A stretch of DNA of 63,999 nucleotides, the filler included, from Sphacelaria rigidula (lineage: Eukaryota), in assembly GCA_964200075.2 (NCBI GenBank). It is 3 parts of 3 records of this genome, joined end to end, with 100 filler letters (N's around TTAATTAATTAA, not from the genome) between each part and the next. Parts side by side here need not be neighbours in the genome. Positions count along the whole stretch, not along the records: positions 21,419 to 42,727 come from CAXNAA020000438.1; 2 more parts are not named here. One strand, given 5' to 3'. Shown piece after piece: positions 27,501 to 38,719 of the stretch; position 1 is the stretch's first letter; each line of letters begins with the position of its first letter. The position numbers and the translations under genes are program-made. The notes under the pieces are model-generated. The model saw nothing but the letters and a program-made list of their open reading frames with translations. It did no database searches and was not told where the DNA came from.

Positions 27501-30204
27501 GGAGAAAACAAGCAAATATGAATAAACCTTGTTAGTCATATCTCCTACGCGTTGTGTGTTCTTGTCCACAATCAGTACGCCGGCCGTTCTTCCACTAGTA
27601 TGCGAAGTACTTGAATGTTGAAATTATCGACTGATTTGGCAAGACGCACCCTTCCTAGCCTCCCGGGCCCTCCCGCTTGAGAAGAACTCCTGAGGGACAC
27701 CAGACTAGAGTATCCCGTGAGAGTGGATTCAGTTTCTCTTGGAGACTCCCGATCGCTAGTCTGTGGGGATGCTGCACTACCGTGCGCAGACGGTGACACT
27801 GGAGGATTGCGCGCTGCCTATGTTGCAGAAAGCAAGGTTCCGGCGTTGGGAAAAAGTATTCTCAGATAAATTGGAGCATGACGTTATGGTCCACTACGTC
27901 ACATGATGTTATGGTCCACGACGATCATGAAATGGTACGAGGGGAGGACGAGAACATAAAAATCATGCTTGTCACGACTTGTAGGTGCTGCGGGTGAAAG
28001 TAGTATGGTGGATACCACACAGATAGCCTCATATGATGAAAAAAACAAGGAGCCGGGAGAGTGCAAGTTACAACGAGTGTCTAGTTCCGCGTAGTAGACA
28101 TTGATCGGATCTTTGATCGGATGGGAACACCTGTACCTCCGCAGGTAAGGAATCGTCGCAGGCCCCAGCATCGTCTTGCATTTTTTGCGGCGGAGAGGGT
28201 TCGGCAGACGGAGGCATCGCCGGCCCGAGCACAAAACGGAGGCTGCTGCTGCTCCCGTCCCCAGAACATGCCGCTGATTCTGGGGACACATTTTTCTCCA
28301 AGCTACTCGGCGGTACACGGGAGGACTGCCCTTGATCGCCACTGCTGTTACTGCTGCTGCTGCTGTTGTTGGCATGGAGGATGTCGGTGGCAAAGGAGTC
28401 GAGGACCTCGAGATTGGAAGGCCGCAAGGCACGCATATGCCGCATATTCGGGACCTGGTATAAGCGCGGGTAACCAACGTGTGCGTGGTGCAAGCTGTAG
28501 TGGATGTGTTCGTGCTGCAAGGTTCGTCCTCGCAACATGCATTTCGTGTAGTGTATTTGCACCATCCAGCAAAGGAGTTTCATGAGAACGCAAATATGCG
28601 CAACGTCGTCGGTCACCATGACGTCAACATCCTAATTGTAGGCAAACTTACATATGCTCATCTCGCAGTCAAGGAAAGTCTGAACATTCGCATATACATG
28701 AAAAAAAACTTCGACAAGTTGCCGTCTGCATTGCGGCTTGACCTGCCTACAATTTTTGTCCGGTCGACTTATTTTTAGCCGGGAGGAAAATATCTCGTGC
28801 TGGGGAATGAATTATTCGGTACCACGGTCACGATGGAAATGACGTATACTACATCACCTTCATGTAGTGCCCCTTCGTTGGAGTACGATCGCGCCCGCCG
28901 CTCTTTGCCGCACCGCCCAATCCTCCTGTATCAGCACCGACTCTAAGCTCCACCATACTCCCGTCACTATTTTGCCGCTCCATTGCTTGCGTATTCCCTT
29001 TTGCTCCGATTGTGTCCTCATTGCCTTCCCCTGAAATACACCACATAATACACAGCAAATTGTCATGCATGATGAAAAAACGAGAGGACAGGCCAGCGAT
29101 GGGCGCGTGCCTTCACGAAGAAACACGTCAAAAAGAAATTAAGGTATATTTCGTTTCAAACATGGTGAACTTGGCCTTGGAGAACGGGGCTCACTTGAAC
29201 GGCGCACGCTAATTCCTAGTTTGTAAAACGTAATAGGAAACAACACAAGTCAGGATTTTCATTAGTGAGACCGGCCATTGACGATGGGGGGGTATTTGGA
29301 AATAATCCTTCCATCTTCCATTTAAAAAATGGAAAGACAACAGTTTAATTCAAAATGGTTTGGGTTCACGCCCCACGTACCGCGTCCCAGAACACGGTAT
29401 TATGTCAGCAGCGCATATGCGCAATATCATTATCAGCACCCCAGAAAAACACCAAAACCGTATCTACCTGCAGTGCCGTCGTGGTGTGTGCGGTATCGAG
29501 ACTGCGCGGCACGAAACAAGCAGCAGTGGTAATTTTTGGTGGTGCCCACTCTTCAAGTCTGGAAGTAAGATCGGGTACCGAATTGGGCTCAAGGCACGAC
29601 CCGAGGTTGTGTCTGTGACTCACGAGGTCTGGCGGCCGGAGCGTAGTAAACATCGTCGTCCCAGTCCTCATCATAATCCGCACCCGACTGCGCAGCGCCC
29701 AGGATATCTCGGCCGACATCTCGGCTCCCCCCCCCGCGATGCCCATTCACACGCTGTTGGCGCTGATGTTGTCTGAGGCCGCTTCCGTGCATTTCCCTTG
29801 TATCGCTATGAGACTACACAACAAGGTTCGGTGCAGCCAGACAGGTGTCTTCAGCCGCCAAGGATCTGCGGGGTGTCAGTAGCTTTTATCCACCACACCG
29901 GTGCTAGTCTGTTCATGAAACGTCACAACGATCGACATTTGCAAGTAGCACTGCACAATGCCACGAGATTTCCCAGCCTCCACCTTCGCCGAGATTGAGG
30001 CTGATGGTCAATACTGGTTCTTCAAGCGGTTTCCAATCAGTGGATGACCGACGCACCGGGCGCCCGCACGGTCGTTTCCCGGACAGTAAATCTGTCCAGC
30101 CATCGCAAGCATTGATCGTGATTCATCAGAGTTTAACAAGTAGACAACGTTAGTTCCCTTAGACTGCGAGGGTAGGTCGCCTGCTGAATCGGCATCAATA
30201 TTCA
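21573..30204 (-). CDS. Multi-exon gene, ~1350 aa, disordered, with a C-terminal SPIDR/DUF4502-like OB-fold; 5' end not found
   Basis: Phase-consistent GT-AG exon chain: 30204-30015, 29772-29624, 29030-28858, 28454-28137, 27817-27611, 27346-27036, 26646-26355, 25861-25559, 24605-24366, 23835-22630, 22232-21573 (stop). The product call comes from motif recall only. Confidence 0.75.
25012..25230 (+). mobile_element. Retroposon 3'-end fragment with (AATC)n tail
   Basis: ttagatcggc...catcatgtgaccacggctggatcatgacccctgg...gtgcgacaatcaatcaatcaa. A second diverged copy is at 34547-34770. Confidence 0.7.
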
Positions 30205-32211
30205 CTTGAAAAAAGTATGTGGTATCCAGATGGACTACCCGCACCGCGGTTCAAGGGTGAAGGCGACTACTTTCATGGTACAGCAAATGGGGTAGCTTGC
30301 ATATTTTAGTGTATAGCCGTGCAGTTCGTGCACACGAAGCACACATGAGACGGCGTAACACCGACAGAAACAACTATCAGAACAACAATACAGTAGAGCG
30401 CCATATTCGTGTCTCATGATCGATGATGGACGAATGTACGGTATCGTTGAGAACATGACAGCTGTGCTGTGCTGGTTTTGTTGTCTGCTGTGCGGGTTAT
30501 TCCATCCTTGGAGTGACACCATTTCACTACGCTTCGTCTCCTGTCATGAACAACGGTAATTCCGACGCGTATACGGTTACCGTGCTGATATAGGGGTATA
30601 AATTGAAGGTATAGCATATGGCATGGTGGCGGCGTATACTGGTACCAGCGTCCTGATGGACGCTGCGTACTGCTTTGTTATACCGACTCAACCTGCTACT
30701 TTCAAAACAGGAGATCGATTTGAAATCGTAACTTATGCGCGGGCCTACACTGTACTGCTGAGACGAAGCAACAAGACTATGCCGAACAGTACATGCAGAA
30801 TCAAGCGACACTCACACGTTCACAACAGCGTAGTCCACGCCAGAAGAATAGCCAGTAGGTTGTTGATCTAACAGCCCTCGGCTCCCATAGCTTGCCTCGC
30901 TCTCGTTCGCGCTGAAATTGTCGTCGTGTTTTTCGTGATGTTTTTGGTTTGAAATATTCAGACCCGCGACCAGATAACAGAAGTTCGTACATCCCGGAGC
31001 GAGAGTTGAAAACTAACGAAAAAAAAAAGCTGAACATGCCGAGAATATCACACCCTTTGCTTGCCCTTTGACTAGTAGAACAAAGTCATGGACAAGAACT
31101 TTAGGAGACCCACCAGCGAAACTTGGCAAAAACTAGACTTGGACTTACCAAATTAGAAAATGACAACTTTGTGTAGCATTTGATATCCTGTCTTCGTAAG
31201 CGAAAGCAGGAACAGCACAGGGAAAGAGCGGGTGCGAGATAGAGAGAGACGAGGCGAGACGAGGCGAGACAAAGCAGAGAGGAAAACAGATATACAGATG
31301 CAGCGAAATATATAAAAAGGAAGAGCAACCCCAAAAGGTGCTACGAAAAGAATGTGGCGCCACCAGTTATTCATTGACGAGAGCCCCCGTTTGGTAAGTA
31401 GCCAGCAGGGACACAGATGCGGTTTTACTGCATCTGGAGAAGCCCATCTGTCGCGACGCGATTGCCAAGATGCGCAATCAGGGCGATTGGCCGAGCATAT
31501 TCTTAGTGCACAACATATAACCGGGACTTCTTCTTCGCTGTCGCACAACATGCATCGTCTTGGACGAGGGTGGCTTCTGTGTTGGCGGCATTGTACTACT
31601 GTCCTGTTACAGTACTGTTACAGTCAACTGCTATAATACTGTACTGGACTCGTAAAAACATAATACTTTCCGGCTGTGCGGGATGATCCTCATGTAAACA
31701 TGAACATGCTACGATACACCTTCAAGGGAAGCAGAGGCGATGCCCGTGAAGCGCGAACGGCCACCGTAGATAGCTGATGAGTCAATGGCTACCGCGGAGA
31801 TAGTTAATTCTGCGTTTGCCGTCGTACGTTATTACTGCTATGGTGTGAGCGTGATGTGCAATCGATCCACTTCACTGGTGCGTCCACCAGTACCGTCCAT
31901 GACAACCCCGGCTGTAGATGGTATTTTGGCGTACTGTAGAGTTTACTTGAAAGACAACACAAACGGCCTGGTGGCTTCATTCCAGGAGGCGGTACCCATT
32001 CCGCGTTCACGATTCGCTTGGGACCTATGTATCGCAAACCACCCCTTATCACAGGCCCAAGTGGATATGAAGAAACGTCGTGTCTAAAACGATATTTATG
32101 AAAAGTTTGCATCCCCTTCACACTCTTCGTTCTTCCATGATTTCTTGTCTCCAGTTGCATTTTAGGCTAGTGAGAGGCCGTTTCCAAAATCTCGGAGCCT
32201 ACAAGCGTGCA

Positions 32212-33253
32212 CGAGCTGGGCCAGTCGAGAGGTCCTGTAGGCGGTTGACAGGTGATGCGCAGCTTAATTTGGGGAGTTAAACGCTGAAAATTGACGCGAG
32301 ATTTTGATCAACACGTGAAACATTTTGGAGTTAACCCAAAAAAAAAACGGACGTTCGTGAAGCGATCTGAAATTTCAGCAGAAACAAGATAATGACATAA
32401 CTCCATGAAAAAAACGGAAACTGGGGATTGCTTTTGTCAACAATTTTTCACTTGCGCGTAGAAGATCCTTGTAAAATTTGAACTCAAAACTCTTAGAATT
32501 GGACTGCGCGTGCAACGTTTTGTGTGACACTGCTGCGCCCCGGTGGTCCGACTGATACAGAAGACTCCAGTTGCAGAGGGCACGAGTTCGCATCCTGACA
32601 TGAAGCTTTTTGTTGCACAATCGAGTTGTTGAGATGTTTTTATGTACCGAATATTCTTCTTTCAGTTCAAAAAAATGATTTCGGTAGTTTCGCAGGAGCT
32701 TCCGCCCCCCAAATGCGCGAAACTGGTCTTTCTCGCCCCAGTGTGGGGTGGGCATTTCTCCAAAGCCTGTCTAGAACAATTTTCCGCTTCCCTGGAGGCC
32801 CCGGTGCCGAATATCACCATCAGCATTTTTTTCACCAATTGTGAAGAAAACGATATTCATCGGGGATTGCATAGAAAAAAAGCATTGCAGCCCAGTCCTA
32901 GTTGAATACTTGTGCCTGTGCTCGTTTCATGTGTCAATCGGCTCGGAGGTCCTGTCCCATGATGGGGCTGCTGACGAGCTTGAGGCCATCTCGCAGCATT
33001 TCCGGTGCACTCTTGACTATGCGTGTCGAAGTTGTTATACGCAATGCCGCTGCAGAATACTCAGAACACGATGTCCCGCCAAGAAGTGAGACGCATCCGG
33101 TACTCAATGCAGTACAATAACACCATCGCCAAAACTGCGCCAATCGAGAGGCGTCGGAGCTGTGCACAGCGATATGCTTACATCGGGCTGATTCAGGGAA
33201 CTGAAAAGGTTATTGTGCCCACGTGATCTACGTTTCACGACCGGCCCAGTTCG
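32212..33253. mobile_element. CGAGCTGGGCC-TIR MITE-related element
   Basis: Left cgagctgggccagtcg, right cgaccggcccagttcg|TA. The termini match 16870-17702 but the interior differs. Confidence 0.6.
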
Positions 33254-34274
33254 TACAATAAGCGGGTCGGTGAAGTAGACTAGGCTCCTTCCGACAAGCT
33301 GATGCATAGTGTCCAAGACATTTGCTGGTGATATTTTCTGTTATGGTTTTCAAAATGGTATCAGATGTCCCAAAAGTCAAAGATTCACTCCAACTCTCAG
33401 GAATGCTCTGGGTTCTGGTTTTCGTCTTTGGTTGTCACGCACCCTAATCATCGAACTCTGCGTCAAAGGAAAGCTCTGTTCAAGGGCTTCCCAGCCTATA
33501 CATCTGCACCTGTCACTGTTTGAATTAAGGGCGCCAAAACACGCAGAACATATCTCGTGTGAATATAAAATCAGTTTTTTTCGCGGTTTTCTCGGCATCA
33601 ACAACAATGTCGCACATCTTATCGATGTAGGCGCAAAGCCTCTTAGGACTTTCAACCAATACTTGGCTCGTGGTGTGAATCGCGGGGCTACACGGTCTAA
33701 GAAACCAGAGAAGATCGGTACCACTTTGCTGGTATGAATTCACAAAACGCATATAGCGGTCAGTCTCCATCTCGATTTCACAACACATTATGGTCAGTGC
33801 TATACTACACAGAATGCAGGAGCTCAGCTTTGCGTGCCACATTATGCAGTCATGCATCTTTTGCTAGCCGCTGTGCTGAGCATGCTGCTCAAACAACGTG
33901 CGCTGCAAGTAGTTAGACCGTATGTTGATCACGCTGAGAGAGCTCAAAAGCGGAGTGCGTCGCTTCATTTGGACAACGCGGATAGGACGACAGCGCAATG
34001 GTGGCGATGTATGTGATTTTGATGGTGGCGGCGATAGCTTCCGTTGTAAAGTGCTACTCTTGCAATCTTGTGCCAGCAAGTACACACACTAACTTGCTTT
34101 GCTTCAGGTACGGTGGATCGGAGTGTATTTTTCGGCGTGGGTGCCGTGGGCTTCCTATGTCTGTGCGACAACATGCCAGTTTTGGCTATGCATGTACGTG
34201 CTGGTGTACAGCGCAGAATGTCTCGATTCAACGAAAAAATAGGATGGTGATGCTTGATCCGACTCGGGAGTTTG

Positions 34275-34528
34275 CAAGTTGAATTTAGTTACATCCAACT
34301 CCATTCAACAGTACCTGTCAGCGTTCGTCCCATGAACCTGGTATGGACACCACAATACCCGGAATACGCTAAATCCGTCCCTAGTCATCGTCCAAGACAT
34401 CGCACGGTGCAGACGGCTCCGTGGCGGACGAGAAACGTGCTTGCTACAAGAAGTGCCAAGAAATATCGCACCCGAGTTGGATTCAACTAAATCAAACTCG
34501 CGGCTTGGATGCAACTAAATCCGACTCG
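34275..34528. repeat. Short inverted-repeat element
   Basis: agttgaatttagttacatccaactc vs gagttggattcaactaaatcaaact (the latter repeated twice). The internal 60-mer recurs at ~34847-34910. Confidence 0.55.
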
Positions 34529-34546
34529 CCATTTTCCTTCTTTTGT

Positions 34547-34770
34547 TTAGATCGGCCATTTCTTCCTGTGCTTTGCTCTTGTTGACTCTTTTTTTTTCAC
34601 GTTTTAGTCTACTATGTCGTTCTGTTCGACTTTTTTCTGTTCTTTTTTTTTCTTCAGCGAGTGTTTCATTTTTGTGTATCTTGGGTACGTCTATCATGTG
34701 ACCACGGCTGGATCATGACCCCTGGAGGGTCAATTCAAGTGCGACAATAAAGAAACCAAACAATCAAATA
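34547..34770 (+). mobile_element. Retroposon 3'-end fragment, copy 2
   Basis: Colinear match to 25012-25230. Confidence 0.7.
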
Positions 34771-36228
34771 ATTTCACTGTTTTCTTGGCGTTTGTCCCGT
34801 GAGCTTCGTAGGGACACAACAACAGCCGGGATACACTCACACAGTCCCTAGCTATCGTTCAAGCCATCGCAAGGTGCAAACGGCTCCGTAGCGGACGAGG
34901 AAACGTGCTTCAGCTGTCTCCATGTCGTTGCATAGCGCCAGTTTGTGCCCGCAAATACTTTAAATTTCAAACTTTCAAGTTTTGGATGACGTGGACCTCA
35001 CGACAGCAGCAGCGTCTCGCCGGAATGCAACTATTTCGTTACGGTTACGGCTTACGGTGAGAGCTAGGTGCAGGTTACGGGAGCACTTGATACGTGTGCC
35101 TGCTTTTGATAGCGGCAGCGTTGCAGGCAATGAGAAGTACAACACCTACACAATCAGGCGGTCGCTGATTATGCTACCCGCAGCTTTTTGTCGATTTACG
35201 CAGCTTACAGGCAGCTTGATCGTGTGCGTATAGCGTTCATCAGACTGCAAATGCACACGTTGCTGACTTGATTCGCGTTGTACTGCATAAACGTCATAAA
35301 CCTGGCTATGCCCTGGGACTCGCTTTACCAGCCTGATACCAACTGTTTGTACATGACCCACTGTCTGTATAACCTGGGGACGTTGGGCAATAAGTGCGGA
35401 TGACGCATACCAGTGACCACCTTACCAGTCCTCCCCTTCTCCGTGGCAAGGTCGGTGTCGTCGACGCACAGACTGTGTGACGATTTCCAACCTCTTTGGG
35501 AGCTGCGAAATGAAAGACTATTTCCCTACCTCTCGTCCACAACTCCAGGGCACCGCGGTGGAGCTCCCGTGCCATAGTTGAGCAACGCATAAAGTTCAAA
35601 GTTTGCTGTACAACTTGCGGTATATATTTTCCGTAGCACCGACGCAGGTGGCTATGTTCGTGGGGTCAGTCAGCGGGATGGCAGTGATGGTGAGAACATG
35701 ATGAGTCACGTTCATTTGGATATAGGTATGCTGAACCCAAGGAAGGGACTGCGTAATGCGCATCGTTCTTCTTTACTGCACTACAATCTATGTTTCCTGT
35801 GTTCGTACGAGCTCTCCGTGCCGGGCAGGGGGGTCGTGGTCCTCGGGCGCTAAATCGGACGTGAATGTAAATCTTTCTTTGACTAGAGTATGCCAAGTGT
35901 AGCAATATATATCCATGGTTGAGCACGCTGGTCGGACTTCTGGGGGTCATCGTGTGTCTGTTGCGAAGACTCACAGCGGCGCGCCCATATGTAGGCTACC
36001 GCCTGTGAAACCTTAGTGCATGTCATACCACACACGGTGGTGGCGCGATCACGGCTAATAGTGGTCTTCACTCACCCAACATAAAGTAGATGTACTGTAT
36101 GCACCCTACTGTGGTCAGTTCTGTACTCGCTACAAGGCGGATATACATGCGTGGGTGGTAACGGCCCTGTGGGCCCAGACCCTCCTGTTTCTGTGTAGGC
36201 GTTGGGTTTTTCGTCATGGCAGCTACTC

Positions 36229-36926
36229 CAAGGGTGTGTTAGGTAGGGTATTTACCACATTTATTTTTTATCGTACTCCAAGACCACCCCTTATGTGACA
36301 AGAAAAATCTTGATCAAAACTGTTTTTTCGGCCCTTCTCCGTCGCTTTACGCTCCAAAGGACCAAAGGAGGGCTGGGCGGATGGATATTGACGCCTTTGA
36401 ATGACTTGTTCTACTCATTGAGACCGTTCGAGGGTACCGTTGCGCTTTCGGGTGGTTGCAGTTTTCTTTTTGACCAACTTTGCATTTTCAATAACAAAAG
36501 GCCAAGTTAAAAAAACGGAGGGTAAATTGCCATTTTTGTATAACTTGACTTTTTTTAATTGAAAATGCTAGTTCAGAAAAAAAAAACGGCAACCAAAAAG
36601 CGGAAAGGTTCCCTGGAACGAGTAGAGCGAGCCATTGTAAGGTGTCAACGGCCGCCTAGCCCTTTTGTCGAGCGCAAAACGACGGAGAAGGGCCTTAAGG
36701 GCACATTTCAACAAGGTTTTGGTTTACACACAAGAAGCGCCATAAGTCCCCAAAACTTGGGTCGAGTATCGAGATCGTCCTCAACAATAACCGGATACTG
36801 TCTCGAGCATTGCGATCGTACCTAACTGTACACAATATTTGGGTAGAGTTTTTAGATTGGACCATCGCACCACAAGAGTTGTGCGAGTAAAATACCCGGG
36901 TATTTACCCTACTCAACACACCCTTG
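36229..36926. mobile_element. hAT-like MITE with nested foldback
   Basis: TIRs caagggtgtgtt..gtagggta / taccctac..aacacacccttg, with flanks agctactc / atctattc (6/8 match, degenerate 8-bp TSD). It contains an inverted repeat at ~36290-36735 related to 2852-3334. Confidence 0.7.
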
Positions 36927-38058
36927 ATCTATTCAGAATCCACAAAATAGTCATGCCAACACAAGACCACCTGCACCACCTGGTGCTATAAGGGCTAAGG
37001 ACGGCCCTTACTCGAGTAAAAAATCGCATAGCTAAACTCTGAGCGGGTTGCGCATTATTTTTTCGTGACTCGGCAGGCATGCTGATCTGAACCCCGCGGC
37101 GGAGGCCCACGTGCCGTTGCTGAGAACAACCGCGCACTACAGCGAACTTTAGGCCACGAGGACGGAGAAGTCGCTACTACTTGTCCAGGCTACGAGGCAA
37201 GGGGTTCGTTCACTACCACCTTCAAAGACTAGGGCGACCTGCAGCAGGGCCGTGGCCGGCGTGATGGCCATGGCCACTTCAGCTGTGCCCCCCCCACCTT
37301 TTCCCGGCCAGGATGTGAAACGTCTTCGAGACAGCACGATTTTGCGCGGTAAGGTCGTCGTCTATGTTCACGTCACCGCGGTGCATGGGTATGTAGGACG
37401 ATTGACTTTGAGTACTTGGTTGGTGTTTCGAAGACGATCATGATTACTTTCCACCGTTGAAAATGTGCCCCGGTGGTATTTGGTATAGTTGTCGAGCTCG
37501 TTGGAGGGGTAGTGGAGAAGCCGATGTCTCCTTGAATCAACTGTATCGACGCACCGGCGATGATTCGTTCCTGGAATTTTGTTGCAAATAGAGTCGGTAG
37601 TCCTGATGTGATTGGCTGCCCAGAGAGCGTCCAGCGCTGCTGTCCAAGGGGCATGACGGGAATTTGAACAGCATTATTGCCCTTAGTCAAACTTACCGTA
37701 CCCCCAATAAAAAGTTTGCACCTGGACATTCCCAGTCTTACCGTACCTCAGTTTTTTCCGTACAGTAATCCCATGACTACTACCAAATCCAACCCCAGTT
37801 TTGCGCTTTTTAACATCACGATCTTGTCTACGCTTCTGCACGCGTCATATCACAACAGTTGATGACGGAGCAGCGGCAGCGTTGGTTCTGATCCCCTATG
37901 GTCAGGGAGGACCCCACTTGACATGCTGGGTGTTTCTGAAACACCTGCCACCGGGTATTGGGTTCGCGGGGAGTGATGACAACACAGTTGAGGTATATGA
38001 ATGCCGCTGTATCCTGATGGATCATGTCTATGTTTTTAGACTATGTATAACGCCGGTC

Positions 38059-38410
38059 GCCCCGGTGGCTCAGCTAGTAACCTTGGAACCCTCAGACGGT
38101 TGGGTCGTGGGTTCAAATCTCGGAGCGATCTGGGATTTTTCTCACACAATGCCCAACAGTGAAGAGCGGTTATGCCGTAGGTATACAAATTCTACTCAAT
38201 GGTCGTCGAGGGAAAGGGACTGCTGAACCCCTCTCGCGATAGAAAATAAAGGCAAGCACCGCAGAAGGAAGGTGGAGAACTAAAACAAAGTAAAAATGGA
38301 AACACTCCTGTGTTCGCCTTCGTCCTGTATGACCCCGGCTGGTGCGCCCACATACACTGTAAGGTGTAAACCGGCGTCCATAATAGATGGAACGACAACC
38401 CACACAACAT
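38059..38410 (+). mobile_element. tRNA-derived SINE, full-length candidate
   Basis: The head gccccggtggctcagctag...gtcgtgggttcaaatctcggagc carries a Pol III A-box (38066) and B-box (38110). It is followed by a body/tail shared with 13285-13445 and 57500-57680 and a CA-rich end. Confidence 0.75.
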
Positions 38411-38719
38411 ACACGTATAGATCGCCGGTGGTGGCATCCGGCGGTGAGTGGTTCATGACGTTGAAGTCTCTCACCAGTTGTTTGACGTATTTCGCAATGA
38501 GCAGGTATGGTGTTGAATATTCCGCACTCGGGTTGCAGCCGTTGTCGACAATGATTGCTTTTGTTACACGTAAGCATGAAGCATTCACTGTTCCTACACT
38601 TAGTACTACCGTCGTTACCTGCCGATGGAAACAGGCCTAATGTAGATGCAAAATCCGAAGCACGTGCTATGGTCATGATCCAATGGTACCCTCTTCGTGA
38701 AAATTGCAAACCGGGATAG

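Noticed and set aside
31760-31830. Hammerhead ribozyme core (CTGATGAG)
   Set aside because: No stem II followed by GAAA. Other CTGA(T/C)GA hits I noticed on both strands also lacked the rest of the core.
37373-37729. 118-aa minus-strand ORF as a viral or TE protein
   Set aside because: No recognisable motif. No phaeovirus/NCLDV hallmark gene, Fanzor/TnpB RuvC motif or intact transposase was recognised anywhere in the window.
38059-38130. Genuine tRNA gene
   Set aside because: The anticodon and T stems pair poorly, there is no poly-T terminator directly after a proper acceptor stem, and it is fused to a dispersed repeat tail, so it is better read as a SINE head.
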